NCBI RefSeq assembly: GCF_039654945.1
Contig: NW_027361697.1
Coordinates: 30,132,001 to 30,196,000, forward strand
DNA: 64,000 nt
Origin: Dendrobates tinctorius
Lineage: Eukaryota
Direction of reading: 5' to 3'
Under the pieces are notes generated by a model, which searched no databases, had not been told where the DNA came from, and saw only the letters and a list, made by a program, of their open reading frames with translations. Numbering within the stretch: the first letter of the stretch is position 1; each line of letters starts with the position of its first letter. Shown piece after piece: positions 37,760 to 52,113 of this stretch. Made by a program: the position numbers and the translations under genes.

Positions 37760-40400
37760 TAAGTCCTTTCTTACTAACCAGTGCCTCTGGTTATTTTTGG
37801 CCCCTCCTCATAAGGGCCTCAAACCAACAACACAGTCCATTCCTGTAAAGGTAGCCCTTCACATTAGAGGAGCAGTACATTGTCTCCCAACAGTCCGTAA
37901 GATGGGGCAGAGTCCTTTTGCTCCACTCCTGTGCATGAGGCAGGTACACACAAAATACTTTAGGGACATTGTCAGTCCTCAACTGAGGGTGTCGGACCCT
38001 CAAGCGACTACAGTGGAATGCGCAACAAACGAAACAAGGGGAAACAATAAATTTGGCCATGGCAATTACCATCAGGGAATCCCTGATAGATGGGACATTG
38101 ACTCGCTGGAACCTTGGCCTTTTTGAACCTTGAATTGCTCCTATTATCAGGTGCAATTGGCACAGCACGGAATGATTCAGCTCCATTTCCATTTATTCCC
38201 TTTTTTTTGGCTAGCCATCCTCTGGCCTAGCTTTCATATCCTGGAGGGACCTCTTCATCTTCTTTTTCTTGGGACCGCAGAGATGATCCCCCTATTTCTC
38301 CTACACCATCTCCTTATGATATCTGTTCTGACTTCGGCACACCTCCTTTCAGCCTTAGAGCCCAGGGCACATGGACATTGGAAACTGCACTGGCCATGAC
38401 CTGAATGATGACCAACCCGGCCACCGGTGAGGGTATTCTCCTCCGCTCCATCACCATATCTTCAGGCTGCTAAACCCCCATGGTCCTCTCCCAGTCTCTC
38501 TCCACTCTCAAAATTCATTACATCACAATTGACACAGACCGCATACCACATGCGGCGTCCATTCATCTTCAGGAATTTGATCGAAGTGCAAAATGTAAGG
38601 TCTTGCAGTCTCCGAGGCAGGCATTCCATCTTCACCTTTCTCCTTTCCACAAAGACCCTATGGTTAGTCCCAAACTCGTAAATGAATCCATTCCCCTGCT
38701 GCAGGTCAAAGCAAATTACTTCGCCTTTGGACTCTAGCTCCCGGGAATGCTCAGTCAGGGGACCCACCAGCATGTCCCCAGCCCGAGTACTGGCCCGTCT
38801 TCACACCAGCCCAGACCCATCATGTTGCTGATGAGCTGTCAGATTCTTGCTCTTCCTTCCTTGGTCTTTAGGAAACCCAGAAATGTATGTAGTGTAATAC
38901 CTTCAAGTCCCATCTGACTAGTGGGACCACCTTGTTTTGGACCCCCGACACAAGCTCCTTCTTCTACAAGGAAGCTAACCAGCTCCTGGTCCTTCACACC
39001 TCCTTCCACCCCTTGAGTTGAACGGTCTGATTCCACCATTATTACTCTTGTTTTCCTTTCTTCACTGCACTGCTCTTTCTCTGACTTCCAATCCAGAAAT
39101 GGCGAAATCTCCTTTCACCACTTGAGACCCATCACAGCTTTGCCTTTTGCTGGGTGTGGTTTTCCCTGGCTCACAATCCCATTTGTCTAGCTCCCCCTCT
39201 TTAAGTCACACCTTACTGAGCGGGCCTTGTCCTTTCACTTCATTCTCCTACAATAGCCACTCCTCGATGTAGGCTGGCACTTCCAGTTCAAGTACTTCCT
39301 TCAGGAAGCGTAACCTCTTATAGGCTAGACACCGCTTCACGCCCTTTTTGTTCTACGCCCATGAAGGGCAGGACCTTCTTGTTGATCTGCATCACTAACA
39401 GCCATTTTAAACTTTGTACTTGGCACCATCTCAGACCAAATAATCATCACCACCTTCCATGTAATTCGAGTTTACCCGGCATCAATCTGTTCTTCTACCT
39501 GCGAGACTTGATTCTACCTATGATGCCAAGTGTAGCTTGGTGCGGGGTGGTAGTCATGGGCGAGGTACTTGACTCTTGTGCCTCGTCACGTTACATGAAG
39601 GTGGGGGTCCTGGCTGGGTGTGTGAACTTGTGCTGTGAGGACGATATGTCCATGCGTGCACCATATAACCAATGTGGCTGCTTTGACAAGACCAGGTGGT
39701 TTACAGCTCAAAAATAAACTGTTTGATGAACGTGAACTTGGTAGGTAATGTACAGTATGCAAGAGACAGAGGGTACACAGTCTTATAAACATTTCCTTTT
39801 ACAACTCGAAGCATTTTCCTTCCTTATTTTCTCTATATTCAACTTTCCACAGTGGACCCAGACAGAAAAGACCCCTGTGCGAGAACAATATATAGGCCCT
39901 TTGCAGCCCAAGAGTTCCTAAAAATACAAAATTGCACCTGTTCTGAAGATAGAAATGAGCCTACTTAGCTTTTGGGCCCCTGTGTGGCCACACAGGTTGC
40001 ACTAATGATATGTCCGCCCGTGAACCTTTCCACTTTATCTACTTATCCTCTGTATCCACTGTTTCTCACTACTTCACCACAAGCCAGCTCGACACTACAG
40101 TCCTGTTTAGCAAGAGTCCTTTACTCGACCCATGGTTCCACATCTTCTCTCCCTTTAAGTGAACTATGGTGCCAATATGGCCAGTACTTATCTTCTCTAA
40201 TGCTAACGCTCTGGAACTCCCACCCGGGGCAATCTATTTGTCTCATGTACTCAGGTAATGGGCCTGGACAGGACTATCGGATTATAAACTCTGGACCTCA
40301 CTGCTAGAAGTCCTTTCCCAGGATCCATCTCCGATCGATCATTCTGTTTCTTAGTCACTTCTGCTCCAGATCTCTGTAATAGAAATTTGTTAGTATAAAT
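37760..40400 (-). mobile_element. Highly decayed LTR retrotransposon (gag-region remnant plus LTR-like block 39530-40400)
   Basis: LTR-like block shares sequence with 26640-26830 and 61915-61955; weak gag-like fragments upstream. Confidence 0.4.
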
Positions 40401-40404
40401 CTAT

Positions 40405-43400
40405 CCCCGTGTGTGCTGCGTCCATTCCCATTCTCTTTCATACCAGGGACTACACTTCTCTCATACCCCAAGATCAGACAATAGAGCAGGTGGAGGCGTT
40501 GGTCTGCTCCTATCACCAAAATGTACCTTTCAGGTTATCCCTCAACTACCCTCACTAGTCTTCCCTTCTTTTGAGGTCCATGCCGTCAGACTCTACACCC
40601 CCTTCTCCATGCGAGTGGCGGTGGTGTATCATCCTCCCGGCCCCTCCCTTCAGTTCCTGGATCATTTTGCCACTTGGCTTCCACATTTTCTCTCCTGTGA
40701 CATCCCTACCCTCATCATGGGAGATTTCAACATCCCCATTGCTCTTCCCCTCTCCTCATCTGCTACTCACCTTTTATCTCTAACCTCCTCGTTTGTCCTT
40801 TCGCAGCTTACTAATTCTCCAACGCATGAAGACGGAAACGCCCTCGACTTGGTCTTCTCTCGGGTTTGTGCAGTGGATAATTTTGCAAACTCCCCTCTCC
40901 CGCTCTCTGACCACAACCTTCCTTCATTCTCTATCAAGAACTTCCAGGCTGCTCAGGTCACCCGCACTGTCCATACTTAAAGAAACATACAGGCCATTAA
41001 CACCCAGAAACTTATGAAGAACTTGCAGTCATCATTGGCCCCTATCTCTCATGGCCTGATTCTGCATTGAAGCATTACAATGAAACACTTCAAAGTGCCC
41101 TGGATGAATTTGCACCCCCTATAAATAGAACACCACAACACAGACGGCGACAACCCTGGCACACCCTGCAAACACGTTTCCTGCAGCGGTGCTCCAGGTG
41201 CGCTGAACGTCTGTGGAGAAAATCCAATCTACACGAAGATTTCATCCATTATAAGTTTATAATAGAACATACAACACTGCCCTTCACCTCTCCAAACAAA
41301 CCTATTTCAACACCTTCATCACCTCACTGTCCAATAACCCAAAACGTCTCTTTGACACTTTTCATTCTCTACTCAACCCAAGAGTACTGGCCCCCAACCA
41401 CGGAGCTCCAAGTTGACGATCTGGCCATTTACTTCAAAGAAAAAATTGACCAGATTCGACAGGAAATTATCTCCCAATCAAACTCATACCATGCACTGTC
41501 CTCCATCCCCTACTGCATCTAGCTCACTCTCTGATTTTGAACCAGTCACAGAAGAAGACGTAAGCAGGCTCCTTGCATCTTCTCGCCCAACCACTTGCAC
41601 CAGTGACCCATTTCCATCACATCTCCTCCAGTCCCTTTCCCCTGCTGTCACCCCTCACCTAACTAAAATAATTAACCTGTCTCTCTCTTCTGGTATCTTT
41701 CCCTCCTCATTTAAGCATGTCATCATACATCCACTACTTAAAAAACCATCCCTCTACCAAAACTGTGCCACTAACTATAGACCTGTCTCTAATCTTCCCT
41801 TCATCTCTAAACTCCTGGAACGCCTGGTCCACTCCCGTCTTATCCGCTATCTCTTTGATAACTCTCTTCTTGACCCTCTCCAATCCGGTTTCCGCTCATT
41901 ACACTCTACTGAAACTGCCCTCACTAAAGTCTCTAATGATCTACTAACCGCTAAATCAAATGGTCATTACTCCATGCTAATTCTCATGGATCTCTCTGCA
42001 GCATCGACACTGTGGATCATCAGCTCCTCCTCACTATGCTCCGTTCCATTGGCCTCAAGGACACCGTTCTCTCCTGGTTCTCCTCCTATCTCTCTGACCT
42101 CTCCTTTACTGTATCTTTTGCCGGTTCCTCCACCTCTCACCTTCCCCTTACTGTTGGGGTTCCTCAAGGATTGGTTCTAGGCCCCCTCCTCTTCTCCTTG
42201 TACACTGCCCCTATTGGTCAAACAATCAATAGATTTGGTTTCCAGTATCATCTCTATGTTGATGACACCCAATTATATGCTTCTTCTCCTGACATCACGC
42301 CAGTCTTTCTAGAAAACACCGGCGATTGTCTAAACGCTGTGTCTAACATCATGTCCTCACTATATCTGAAACTGAGCTTGCCAAAAACTGAACTCCTTGT
42401 GTTTCCTTCCTCTACTAATGTACCTATACCCGACATTGCAATTTCTGTGTGTGGTTCCACTATTACTCCCCAGCAACATGCCCGCTGTCTTGGGGTCATA
42501 CTTGACTCCGAGCTTTCCTTTGCCCCCCACATTCGATCACTGGCTCGCTCTTGTCATCTGCACCTCAAAAACATTTCTAGAATCCGACCTTTTCTTACTT
42601 TTGACTCTGCAAAAACTCCTACTGTTTCTCTTATTCATTCTCGTCTCGACTATTGTAACTCTCTTCTAATCGGTCTCCATCTTACCAAACTCTTCCCCTC
42701 TCCAATCTGTCTTGAATGCTGCAGCTAGGATCATATTCCTCACCAATCATTACACCGATGCCTCTACCTTGTGCCAGTCATTACACTGGCTATCCATCCA
42801 CTCCAGAATTCAGTATAAACTTATTACCCTCACCCATAAAGCCCTCCATGGCTCAGCACCACCCTACAACTCCTCTCTTGTTTCAGTATACCACCCTACC
42901 CGCGCCCTCCATTCTGCTGATGACCTGAGGTTAGCATCCTCAATTATCAGAACCTTCCACTCCTGTCTCCAAGAATTTACACGTGCTGCGCCAATTCTTT
43001 GCAATGCACTTCCCAGGTCAATACGATTAGTCCCCAATCCCCACAATTTTAAGCGTGCCCTGAAAATGCATTTATTCAGACTGGCCTATCGCCTCAACAC
43101 ATTAACCTAATCTATCACTGTGTGGCACAGTCAAAAGTTTTACCATAACCAGGTTCCCTGCATCATGTTCCCACATGCTTTATGCATCCATTAGCCCTCT
43201 GTGTCTGTACTTTTACACACCTAACATTATGGCTGGTCCATACAATCAGGGCAACTGTTACCACCCACCTTTCGTGTCTACCTCTTTCCTCATAGATTGT
43301 AAGCTTGCGAGCAGGGCCCTCATTCCTCTTGGTATTTGTTATAATCTATGTGATTATTGTTATGCTGTAATGTCTATTGTCTGTACAAATCCCCTCTAAA

Positions 43401-43470
43401 ATGTAAAGTGCTGCGGAATATGTCGGCGCTATAGAAATAAAATTTATTATTATTATTATTATTATTATTA
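40405..43470 (+). mobile_element. L2 LINE, 5'-truncated, ORF2 (APE endonuclease plus RT) with frameshifts
   Basis: GGGVG, IMGDFN, LDLVF and SDH endonuclease motifs; [18 protein letters not shown] and YVDDTQ RT motifs; (ATT)n tail. Confidence 0.93.
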
Positions 43471-43474
43471 ATTA

Positions 43475-46375
43475 GGCTAAGTATTTGAGTGCTGAGCATC
43501 AATACTGATGCTTTTATTATAGTAACATATGTTTATAGTTACATATAGAAAGGGCAGGTTAGTTAAGGATCTTATGTTCAAGCTTCTCTGTTATTGGTTA
43601 TCTAAATATATGGAATATTGTGGTTAAGGCATAGTAACAGGCTTTTTAGGCAACTAACGTATAACTGTCGCCTTTTCTGCAATTAGGCCAAAGTTGAGAT
43701 ATCTGGTGTTCAGTTCCTCTTCATGTCTGGAAAGTCCCAAGGCATTGTCTTGTCTGTGGCGGCCATTTTAAGCAATTGATTATACAGTAATGTATATATT
43801 AGCTGATAGTATAATGTATATAGGCAAGTGAATCTATATATTTTATATATTTTCATCACAATCCCCCCTTAGATCTCACTTGCCCTAAAAATCCTAATCT
43901 TCTATCTCAATGTGCTAGGAACTCTTTAGTGCTGCTGATTAGACGATGTATGCCTAATACATACACCCCCTTCATGCAGATTCTCACATAGGGAAGTCAG
44001 AAGATCTGTCCCTAACAGGGGTTCATGGAATGGCAATCATGGTCTCGTATTCAACAGCATGCGTTGTCAGAGACGTGTATTTCTGGTCAGGCAGGACATC
44101 TATCCGGACAGGCGAGGCATCCACAGCAGTGCGTGTCATCAGAGTTGTTGTGTCATGAACTGATTTTTTCATCATCCTGCGGGCACAAGAGTTACATCAG
44201 AGTAATTGAATAAGTATGTAATTGTGTGAGCTGATGTGTTACACCAGAAAATGGTGTGGTCCCTATCCTGAGTGATGGCTCCCAATTGTCCTCCTCCCCC
44301 CAGAATCTGTAGCACACAAAGGATGTGCAGAATCATCATTCTGGCTTAGGTGTATGTTCTGGTATGAGAGCTTTCTTGCAGTACAATGCGTGGATCCAAG
44401 TGGTTCTTCTCTCCAGCTTCACAGAGGTTGGTATCATCAGCAGCACTTGGAAAGGACCATCAAATCTGGGATCGAGTGTTCTTCTTACAAACTTCTTCAC
44501 CAACACCCAGTCTCCTGGCTTCAAGGAGTGTGTACTGGATACTGAATCTGGATCTGGCAATGAAGAGAAAACTCGAGAATGGACATTAGCAAGTTTTTTT
44601 GCTTAGTTCAATCATATAACAAGACAAATTGTCATATTGGATAATCAGTTGTTGAGGGAAGAATACCCCTAACCTTGGACTGGACCTAAATAAAATTTCA
44701 AATGGTGACAGCTTTTCTGGGCCTCAGGGAGTGTGCCTTACATTAAGCAGTGCAATTGTGAGCGTCTCGTGCCATGGTCTATTTGTCTCTTGGGCAACTT
44801 TCAACATCCTGTTCTTAAGTGTCCTGTTTAGTCATTCTACTTTCCCACTACTCTGGGGATGTAGGAAGTGTGTAGGCCTAAAGCCCCTGTCACACACAGC
44901 GATCTCGCTAGCGAGATCGCTGCCGAGTCACAAGTTTTGTGATGCAACAGCGATCTCACCAGCGAGATAGCTGTGTGTGACACCTATCAGCGACCGGCCC
45001 CCCTGCCGGGTATCGCTGATCGTGCTCTAATGGCCTGAACATTTTTTTGATCGTTGGTCTCCCACTGGCCAGCACGCATCGTGTGGCAGGTGGGAGACCA
45101 GCGATCAGCGAGCAGGAGCTGGTAACCAAGGTAAACAGCAGGTTTCTAAGTGCCGCGCGGCACTTAGAAACCCGCTGTGTACCTTAGTTACCAGCGCGCT
45201 GGTGCAGGGAGCTGGTAACTAAGGTACACAGCGGGTTTCTAAGCACCGCGCGGCACTTAGAAACCTGCTGTTTACCTTGGTTACCAGCTCCTGCTCGCTG
45301 ATCGCTGGTCTCCCACCTGCCACACGCAGTGATGAAACCCGCTGTTTACCTTGGTTACCAGCTCCCTGCACCAGCGCACTGGTAACTAAGGTACACAGCG
45401 ATGCCGCGCGCTCGTCGTCGCTGGTAAAGCGTCCTGTTTGGCAGCTCACCAGCGATCATGTAGCGACACAACAGCGATCCTGACAATTTCATATCATTGT
45501 CGGGATCTCTGCTGAGTCGCTATGTGTGCCGGGGCCCTAAGTCTGACCTTACTGTTGACCAGATCTCTCATATCAGGTTTGCTGTGAATGCGGGTCCCTG
45601 ATCACTTTCTATCACTTCTGGAACCTCGTATCTACACACTATATCTGAAAGTAGTTTCTTTGCAGTTGTCTTCGCTGACTGGTTGCTCACTGGGAAAGCT
45701 TCTGGCCATCCTGAGAACACATCTACAACCACGAGGGCATATCTGAATCCTTTGCTTGGTGTCATCTGGATGTGGTCTATCTGGATCCTCTGGAAAGGGT
45801 ACAATGGTCTGGCCAGATGATGTGAGGGAACTTTCTCCACTCATCCGGGGTTACATTTTCCACAGGTCAAACAGCTGCTAATAAACTTAGCTGTTAGGGT
45901 GGAAATCCCTGGAGCGAACAAGTACCGATCAGATGATTCATCTGTGTCTTGGATCTGTGTGTGGGCCCATGCGGCCATTGAACCACCATAGGGTACATGC
46001 TCCAAGGTAGGCAGGGTTTGAAATTCATTGGGTATACCCTTCCTTCTTCATGCGTTGCTCCCTTCCGCATCCAGTTTACTTTCTCCTCCTTTGGAGTTTG
46101 GTCTTGGAGTTTCTTGAACAGATCCCAGGTCTTCATCTCATCAGATTTCTTGTCCTGAGTCGTCAGGTAGTAGCCGTCCAGCTCTACAACCTCTCCCACC
46201 TCTCCATATTGTCTTCCTTTGGCTGCTTCCTTGGCTGCCATGTCAACCATGTTATTTCCTCGTGTCTCTACTGTGTTCAGTGTTCCATGTGCTTTGACTT
46301 TTAACATATCCTCCATCTTCGGCAGTTGGAGTGCATCCAGCAAGTTTCTGATGGCTCCATGATGCTTCACAGTTG
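43475..46375 (-). mobile_element. Endogenous retrovirus fragment (epsilon/gamma-like): RNase H, integrase, env stub, PPT and partial 3' LTR
   Basis: KVKAH..RGN..D RNase H; RIQIDHIQM...VDVFSGWPEAFP...IESDQGPAF integrase; PGDWVLVK...PRFDGPFQVLL..PT C-terminus; PPT AAGGGGGGAT|TG at 43861-43870. Confidence 0.85.
44882..45537. mobile_element. Harbinger-type MITE inserted in the ERV integrase
   Basis: TAA|AGCCCCTGTCACACA ... TGTGTGCCGGGGCCC|TAA; internal GGTAACC/GGTTACC palindromic repeats. Confidence 0.85.
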
Positions 46376-47239
46376 TCTGTTGGAAGACGGAAGGGACATT
46401 AGTGAGCCCAAAAGGCATCACAGTTCTGAATGAGTGACCGTAGGAGGCAAAAACAGAAATACTAGCTAAGTCCAGAAAACCAGAGAAGTTGGCAGCTATC
46501 GGATTGCAGACCCCAGAACCTATCAACAGCAACTAGCAGTAGCCGTGGGGGGTTCCTAAGGTGCCCTAGACCTCTCGATCACAGCCGGAGAACTAAATAG
46601 CCTAATGACAGAAAGGGAAATCTAAACTGCCCCAGAGCAGACCCCAAAGCAAAAGGCAGCCCCCAACATATAATGACAGTGAAGCAAGATGAAAAAACAC
46701 TAACACAGATAGAAAGATAGGCTGAGCAAATGATGGGGCCCAAGCTAACTAAATAGGACAGGATAGAAAAGCTGCTGTCTGCAATCCGCAAAACCCTATC
46801 AAAACAAGAGCCAACAGACTGATAGGGAAAAAAGTCCTGAAGACGCTAGGCTTCAAAAAGACTATATCAGTACTCAGGTATTTTCTGGAGACAGAGCAAA
46901 AAGGAATTCAGCTCACCCCAGCAGGGAATGGCAGAAATCCAGAAAAACAAGGCAAAACAAAACAAAAAGGCAAAACAAAACCAAAACACAAATGCAAAAA
47001 GCAGAGCAGAAAACTTAGCTTTTGAGGAGCAGGAATCAGACTGTTCTCCTAGAATCCCTCAGAGAAATCACCAGCAAGGCAGAAGGGTGTCGGCTGCCTT
47101 ATATCCAGTCAGCAATTCCCATCACCCAGTCATCATCATCCTGCTCAGGTGCTTGGTAATCAGCCTCACTACCTTCCTTCACCTGAAGAGGGAGTTCATC
47201 AGACCTCAATGGTGAAGGGGAAAATGAACTCACAACAGT

Positions 47240-50200
47240 ATCTCCCCCTTGAGGAGGGGTCACTGAACCCTCATTCACGCCACCAGGGAGATCAGGGTGA
47301 GCCCGATGAAAGGCACGCACCAATCTTTTGGCATGAATATCAGAGGCAGAGACCCAGGAATTATCCTCCTGACCATAACCTGTTGTGAGTTCATTTTTCC
47401 CTTCACCATTGAGGTCTGATGAACTCCCTCCTCTGGTGAAGGAAGGTGGTGAGGCTGATTACCAAACACCTGGGCAGCTAGATGATGACTGGGTGGCTGG
47501 AATTGAGGATTGGATATAAGGCTGCCGACGCCCTTCTTCCTGGCTGGTGATTTTCCTGCTGGATTCTTGGAGACCAGTCTGATTCCTGCAGCTCAAAGCT
47601 AAGTTTTTCTGCTCTGCTTTGTAATCTTCAGTTTTGTTTTTGTTTTGCCTTGTTTTTTGGGAGTTCTGCCATCCCCGGCCGGGGGTGAGCTGAATTCCAT
47701 TTTTGTCTCTGATCTGTTGATCTTTTGCTCTGTCTTCAGAATATACCTGAGTGCTGATATGGTCTTTTGAAGCCTAGCGACTTCAGGGCCTGTTTTTCCT
47801 ATCAGTCGGATGGCTCATTCTGATAGGGTTTTTGCGGATGGCAGACAGCAGCTTTCCTATCCTGTCCTATGTAGTTAGCTTGGGCCCCATCATTTGCTCA
47901 ACCCATCTTTCTATCTGTGTTAGTGTTTTCATCTTGCTTCACCGTCCTTATATGTTGGGGGCTGCCTATTGCTTTGGGGTCTGCTCTGGGGCAGTTTAGT
48001 TTTTCCCCTTTCTGTCTTTAGGCTATATAGTTCTCCGGCTGTGATCGAGGGGTCTAGGGCACCGTAGGAACACCCCACGGCTACTGCTAGTTGTTGTGGA
48101 TAGGTTCAGGGGTCTGCAATCCGATAGCTGCCAACCTCTCTGGTTTTTCTGGACTTAGCTGGTATTTTGTTTTTTCCTCCTTCGGTGACTCATCATAACA
48201 ATAACCCTTCCACTTAACCAAATACTGGAGTCTCCGTCTAGCCAGACGGGAATCCAGTATCTTCTCTACCTCATATTCCATGTTACCTTCAACCAATACA
48301 GGGTCCGGAGGTGCCACCCCAGGAACTACTGGTTCAACAAACCTCTTCAACAAGGACTCATGAAACACATTATGGATTTTAAATGTGACAGGAAGAGACA
48401 AACGAAAAGAGACCGGATTAATAATCTCCAAAATCTTGTAAGGTCCAATAAATCTAGGCTTAAACTTAGGAGAAGCCACCTTCATAGCGATATTTTTTGA
48501 TGATAACCAAACCATATCACCAACCTTAAACTGGGGACCAATGGTCCTATGTCGGTTGGAAAACCGCTGGGCCTTTTCCTGGGAGAGAGATAACTTATCC
48601 ACCACTTGGTCCCAGATCTGGTGCATTCTCTCCACCACAGTGTCAACACCTGGGCAGGCAGAAGGCTCCACCTGCCATGAAGAAAATCGAGGATGAAACC
48701 CAAAGTTACAAAAAAAAGGTGACATCAAAGTGGCAGAACTAGCTTTATTATTTAAAGCAAATTCGGCCAAGGGCAAAAATGACACCCAATCATCCTGATC
48801 AGCGGAAATAAAACATCTCAAATACGACTCCAAGGTCTGGCTTGTTCTCTCCTTCTGCCCATTGGTCTGAGGGTGAAACGCAGAGGAGAAGGACAACTGA
48901 ATTCTCAGCTTGGAACAGAAAGTCCTCCAAAATCTAGACACAAACTGAACTGCTCTGTCAGATACAATGTTCTCAGGAATCCCATGCAAGCGAACCACCT
49001 GTTGCAAAAACAGGGGCACCAACTCAGAGGAAGATGGCAACTTAGGGAGTGGTACAAGATGAACCATCTTAGAGAACCTATAACAAATCACCCAAATAAC
49101 AGTCATTCTCTAAGAGACAGGCATATCAGAGATGAAATCCATTGAAATATGGGTCCATGGCCTCCTGGGGACCGGCAAAGGCATCAACAACCCACAAGAG
49201 CGAGAACAAGGTTTAGACCGGGAGCAAGTCCCACAGGACTGCACAAAATTCCTGACATCACGAAACAAGGCGGGCCACCAAGAAGAACGACTCACCAGAT
49301 CTCTAGTACCAAAAATACCTGGATGACCAGCCATTGCAGAGCAATGAACTTCAGACATCACTCTCTTCTTCCACTGGTCAGGAACATACAACTTTCCACT
49401 GGGACAACGCTCAGGTTTGTCCTCCTGGAACTCTTCCAGAGCACGTCTCAAATCGGGCGAGATGGCAAAAAGAACTACCCCTTCTCCTAAGATGGTAGCA
49501 TGCTTGGTCACCACAGGAGAATCAGCAAAGAAGCTCCTAGAGAGAGCGTCAGCCTTGACATTCTTAGAGCCAGGAAGAAAAGAGACCACAAAATCAAAAC
49601 GTGTAAAAAACAAGGCCCACCTAGCCTGTCTAGGGTTCAAGCGTTTGGCCGACTCCAGGTAAATCAAATTCTTGTGGTCAGTGAGGACCACGACTTGATG
49701 TTTAGCTCCCTCCAACCAATGTCTCCACTCCTCAAATGCCCATTTCATGGCTAACAGTTCCCAATTCCCCACATCATAGTTACATTCAGATGGAGAGAAC
49801 TTTCGGGAAAAAAAAGCACAGGGATTCATTTTAGATGTTACAGGATCCTTTTGGGACAAAACAGCTCCTGCACCAATCTCAGAAGTGTCCACCTCTACCT
49901 GGAACGGGAGGGAGGCATCAGGTTGCCGCAAAACCGGGGCAGAAGTGAATCTTCGCTTCAGCTCCTGAAAGGAAGAAACAGCCTCCGGAGACCAATTCAA
50001 CACATCAGCACCCTTCTTAGTCAGATCAGTCAATGGCTTGGCAATACTAGAAAATTTTGCTATAAATTTCCGATAAAAATTAGCAAAACCCAAAAACTTC
50101 TGGAGGGCCTTCAAAGAAGTGGGCTGAACCCAATCATAAATGGCCTGTACCATGGCCAGGTCCATTTCAATAGTTGACGGAGACAAAATAAATCCCAAAA

Positions 50201-52113
50201 ATGAAATCCTCTGTACCCCAAAAAGGCATTTCGATCCCTTGACATACAGGGAATTCTCCCTCAAGATCCGGAACACAGTCCGAACATGTTCCACATGAGA
50301 GTCCCAATCCTTGGAGAAGATCAAAATATCATCCAGATAGATAATCAAAAATTTATCCACAAAGTCTCGGAAAATGTCGTTCATGAAGCACTGGAAGACA
50401 GAAGGGGCATTAGTGAGCCCAAAAGGCATCACCAGGTACTCAAAATGTCCCTCCGGAGTATTAAACGCCGTCTTCCATTCATCCCCATGCTTAATGCGGA
50501 TAAGATTATACGCCCCCCTGAGGTCAAGCTTGGTAAACCAGCAAGCACCTTTAACTCTGGAGAATAGATCAGAAATCAGGGGTAACGGATACTGATATTT
50601 AATAGTAATTTTGTTGAGGGCACGATAATCAATACAAGGCCTTAATGAACCATCCTTTTTGGCCACGAAAAAAAACCCAGCACCTAAGGGTGAAGAGGAT
50701 GGTCTAATATGACCCTTCGCCAACGCCTCCTTAATATAGGATCGCATAGCTTCGTGCTCGGGTACAGATAAATTGAAGAGCCGACCCTTGGGAAATTTAC
50801 AGCCCGGGCTCAGTTCAATTGCACAGTCATAACGCCTATGAGGAGGCAAAGACGCAGACTCATTCTCACTAAATACATCATAAAAGTCCGCCAAATAGTC
50901 AGGAACATCATGCGACTGAGGAGAGGTGGAAAAAACCGGAGCCTCACTAAGGGCACACCGACAACCCCAACTCACCACAGACACAGATTTCCAATCCAAA
51001 AGTGGATTATGAATTTGCAACCAGGGAAATCCCAGAACAATGGTATCATGCAAATTATGCAACACCAAAAATCTGCAATTTTCTTGATGGTCTGGGGCGA
51101 CCTGCATTACCACCTGGGTCCAAAACTGAGGTTTATTTTTTGCCAAAGGAGTAGCATCAATCCCCCTCAAAGGGAGAGGTGTCTGCAGAGGTGTCATAGG
51201 AAATCTACAACGTTTAGCAAAATCCAAGTCCATTAGGTTCAGGGCTGCTCCCGAATCCACAAAAGCCTTAGCGGAAAATGTGGACAGGGAGCAGATCAGA
51301 GTAATTGCCAGAAGAAACTTAGGTTGAACACCACCCACCGTGTGTGCAAAACGTTTCTCTCGTTTAGGACAGACAGAAATAATATGCGAGGCATCACCAC
51401 AAAAAAAAACACAGCTTATTACGCCTTCTGAACTCCTGACGTTGCTCCCTGGACAAAACTCTATCACATTGCATAGGTTCAGACACTTGTTCAACAGGTG
51501 GCAACACCTCTCGTGCAGTCCTGCGTTCACGTAAACGCCGATCAACCTGAATGGCTAATGACATAGAATCGTCAAGACCAGAGGGAACAGGAAATCCCAC
51601 CATAGTATCTTTTACGGCTTCTGACAAACCCTTCCGAAAGAGAGCTGCCAAGGCATTATCATTCCAGGTAGTAAGAACCGCCCACTTTTGGAATTTTTGA
51701 CTGTACAATTCTGCAGAATCTTGACCCTGGCTCAATGCCAACAGGGTCTTTTCAGCCTGATCAATAGCATTAGGTTTGTCATACAACAACCCCAAGGCTT
51801 GAAAAAATGCGTTCACATTAGTCAGAATAGGATCATCTGGTTTCAAAGAAAACGCCCAATCCTGGGGATCGACACGCAGCAAAGAGATGACAATTTTAAC
51901 CTGCTGCGCGGAGCTCCCTGACGAGTTTGGCTTCAAGGCAAAAAATAATTTACAATTATTTTTGAAATTCAATAATTTAGACCGATCCCCAAAAAACACA
52001 TCAGGAGTAGGGATCTTTGGTTCAGCAGCATGTGAATGAGCAAGGTAGGCGGAAATTCCCCGCACTTCCGCAGCGAGCTGCTCCACAAGATCAGACAATT
52101 GCTTTATCTCCAT
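47240..52113 (-). pseudogene. gag-pol polyprotein with one homopolymer frameshift (near 51405), one TAG (49110) and an LTR insertion in the chromodomain
   Basis: ORFs 51394-52113, 49110-51545 (DSGA, YLDD, RNase H, HHCC) and 48087-49106 (integrase, [12 protein letters not shown]...YLVKWKGY). Confidence 0.92.
47381..48200 (+). mobile_element. Solo LTR of the same family inserted antisense in the chromodomain
   Basis: TGTTGTGAG...CATAACA with ATAACC on both flanks; host reading KWKGY|GQEDNSWV is restored on removal. Confidence 0.93.

Noticed and set aside
45894-46532. 212-aa ORF fusing LTR, Gypsy RT (MPFGLTN) and ERV RNase H sequence
   Set aside because: Chance in-frame read-through across insertion and deletion junctions; all parts are fragmentary.
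49110-52113. Possible RTL1/PEG10-like domesticated gene
   Set aside because: Has both LTRs, TSD, PPT and disabling lesions typical of an ordinary retrotransposon.
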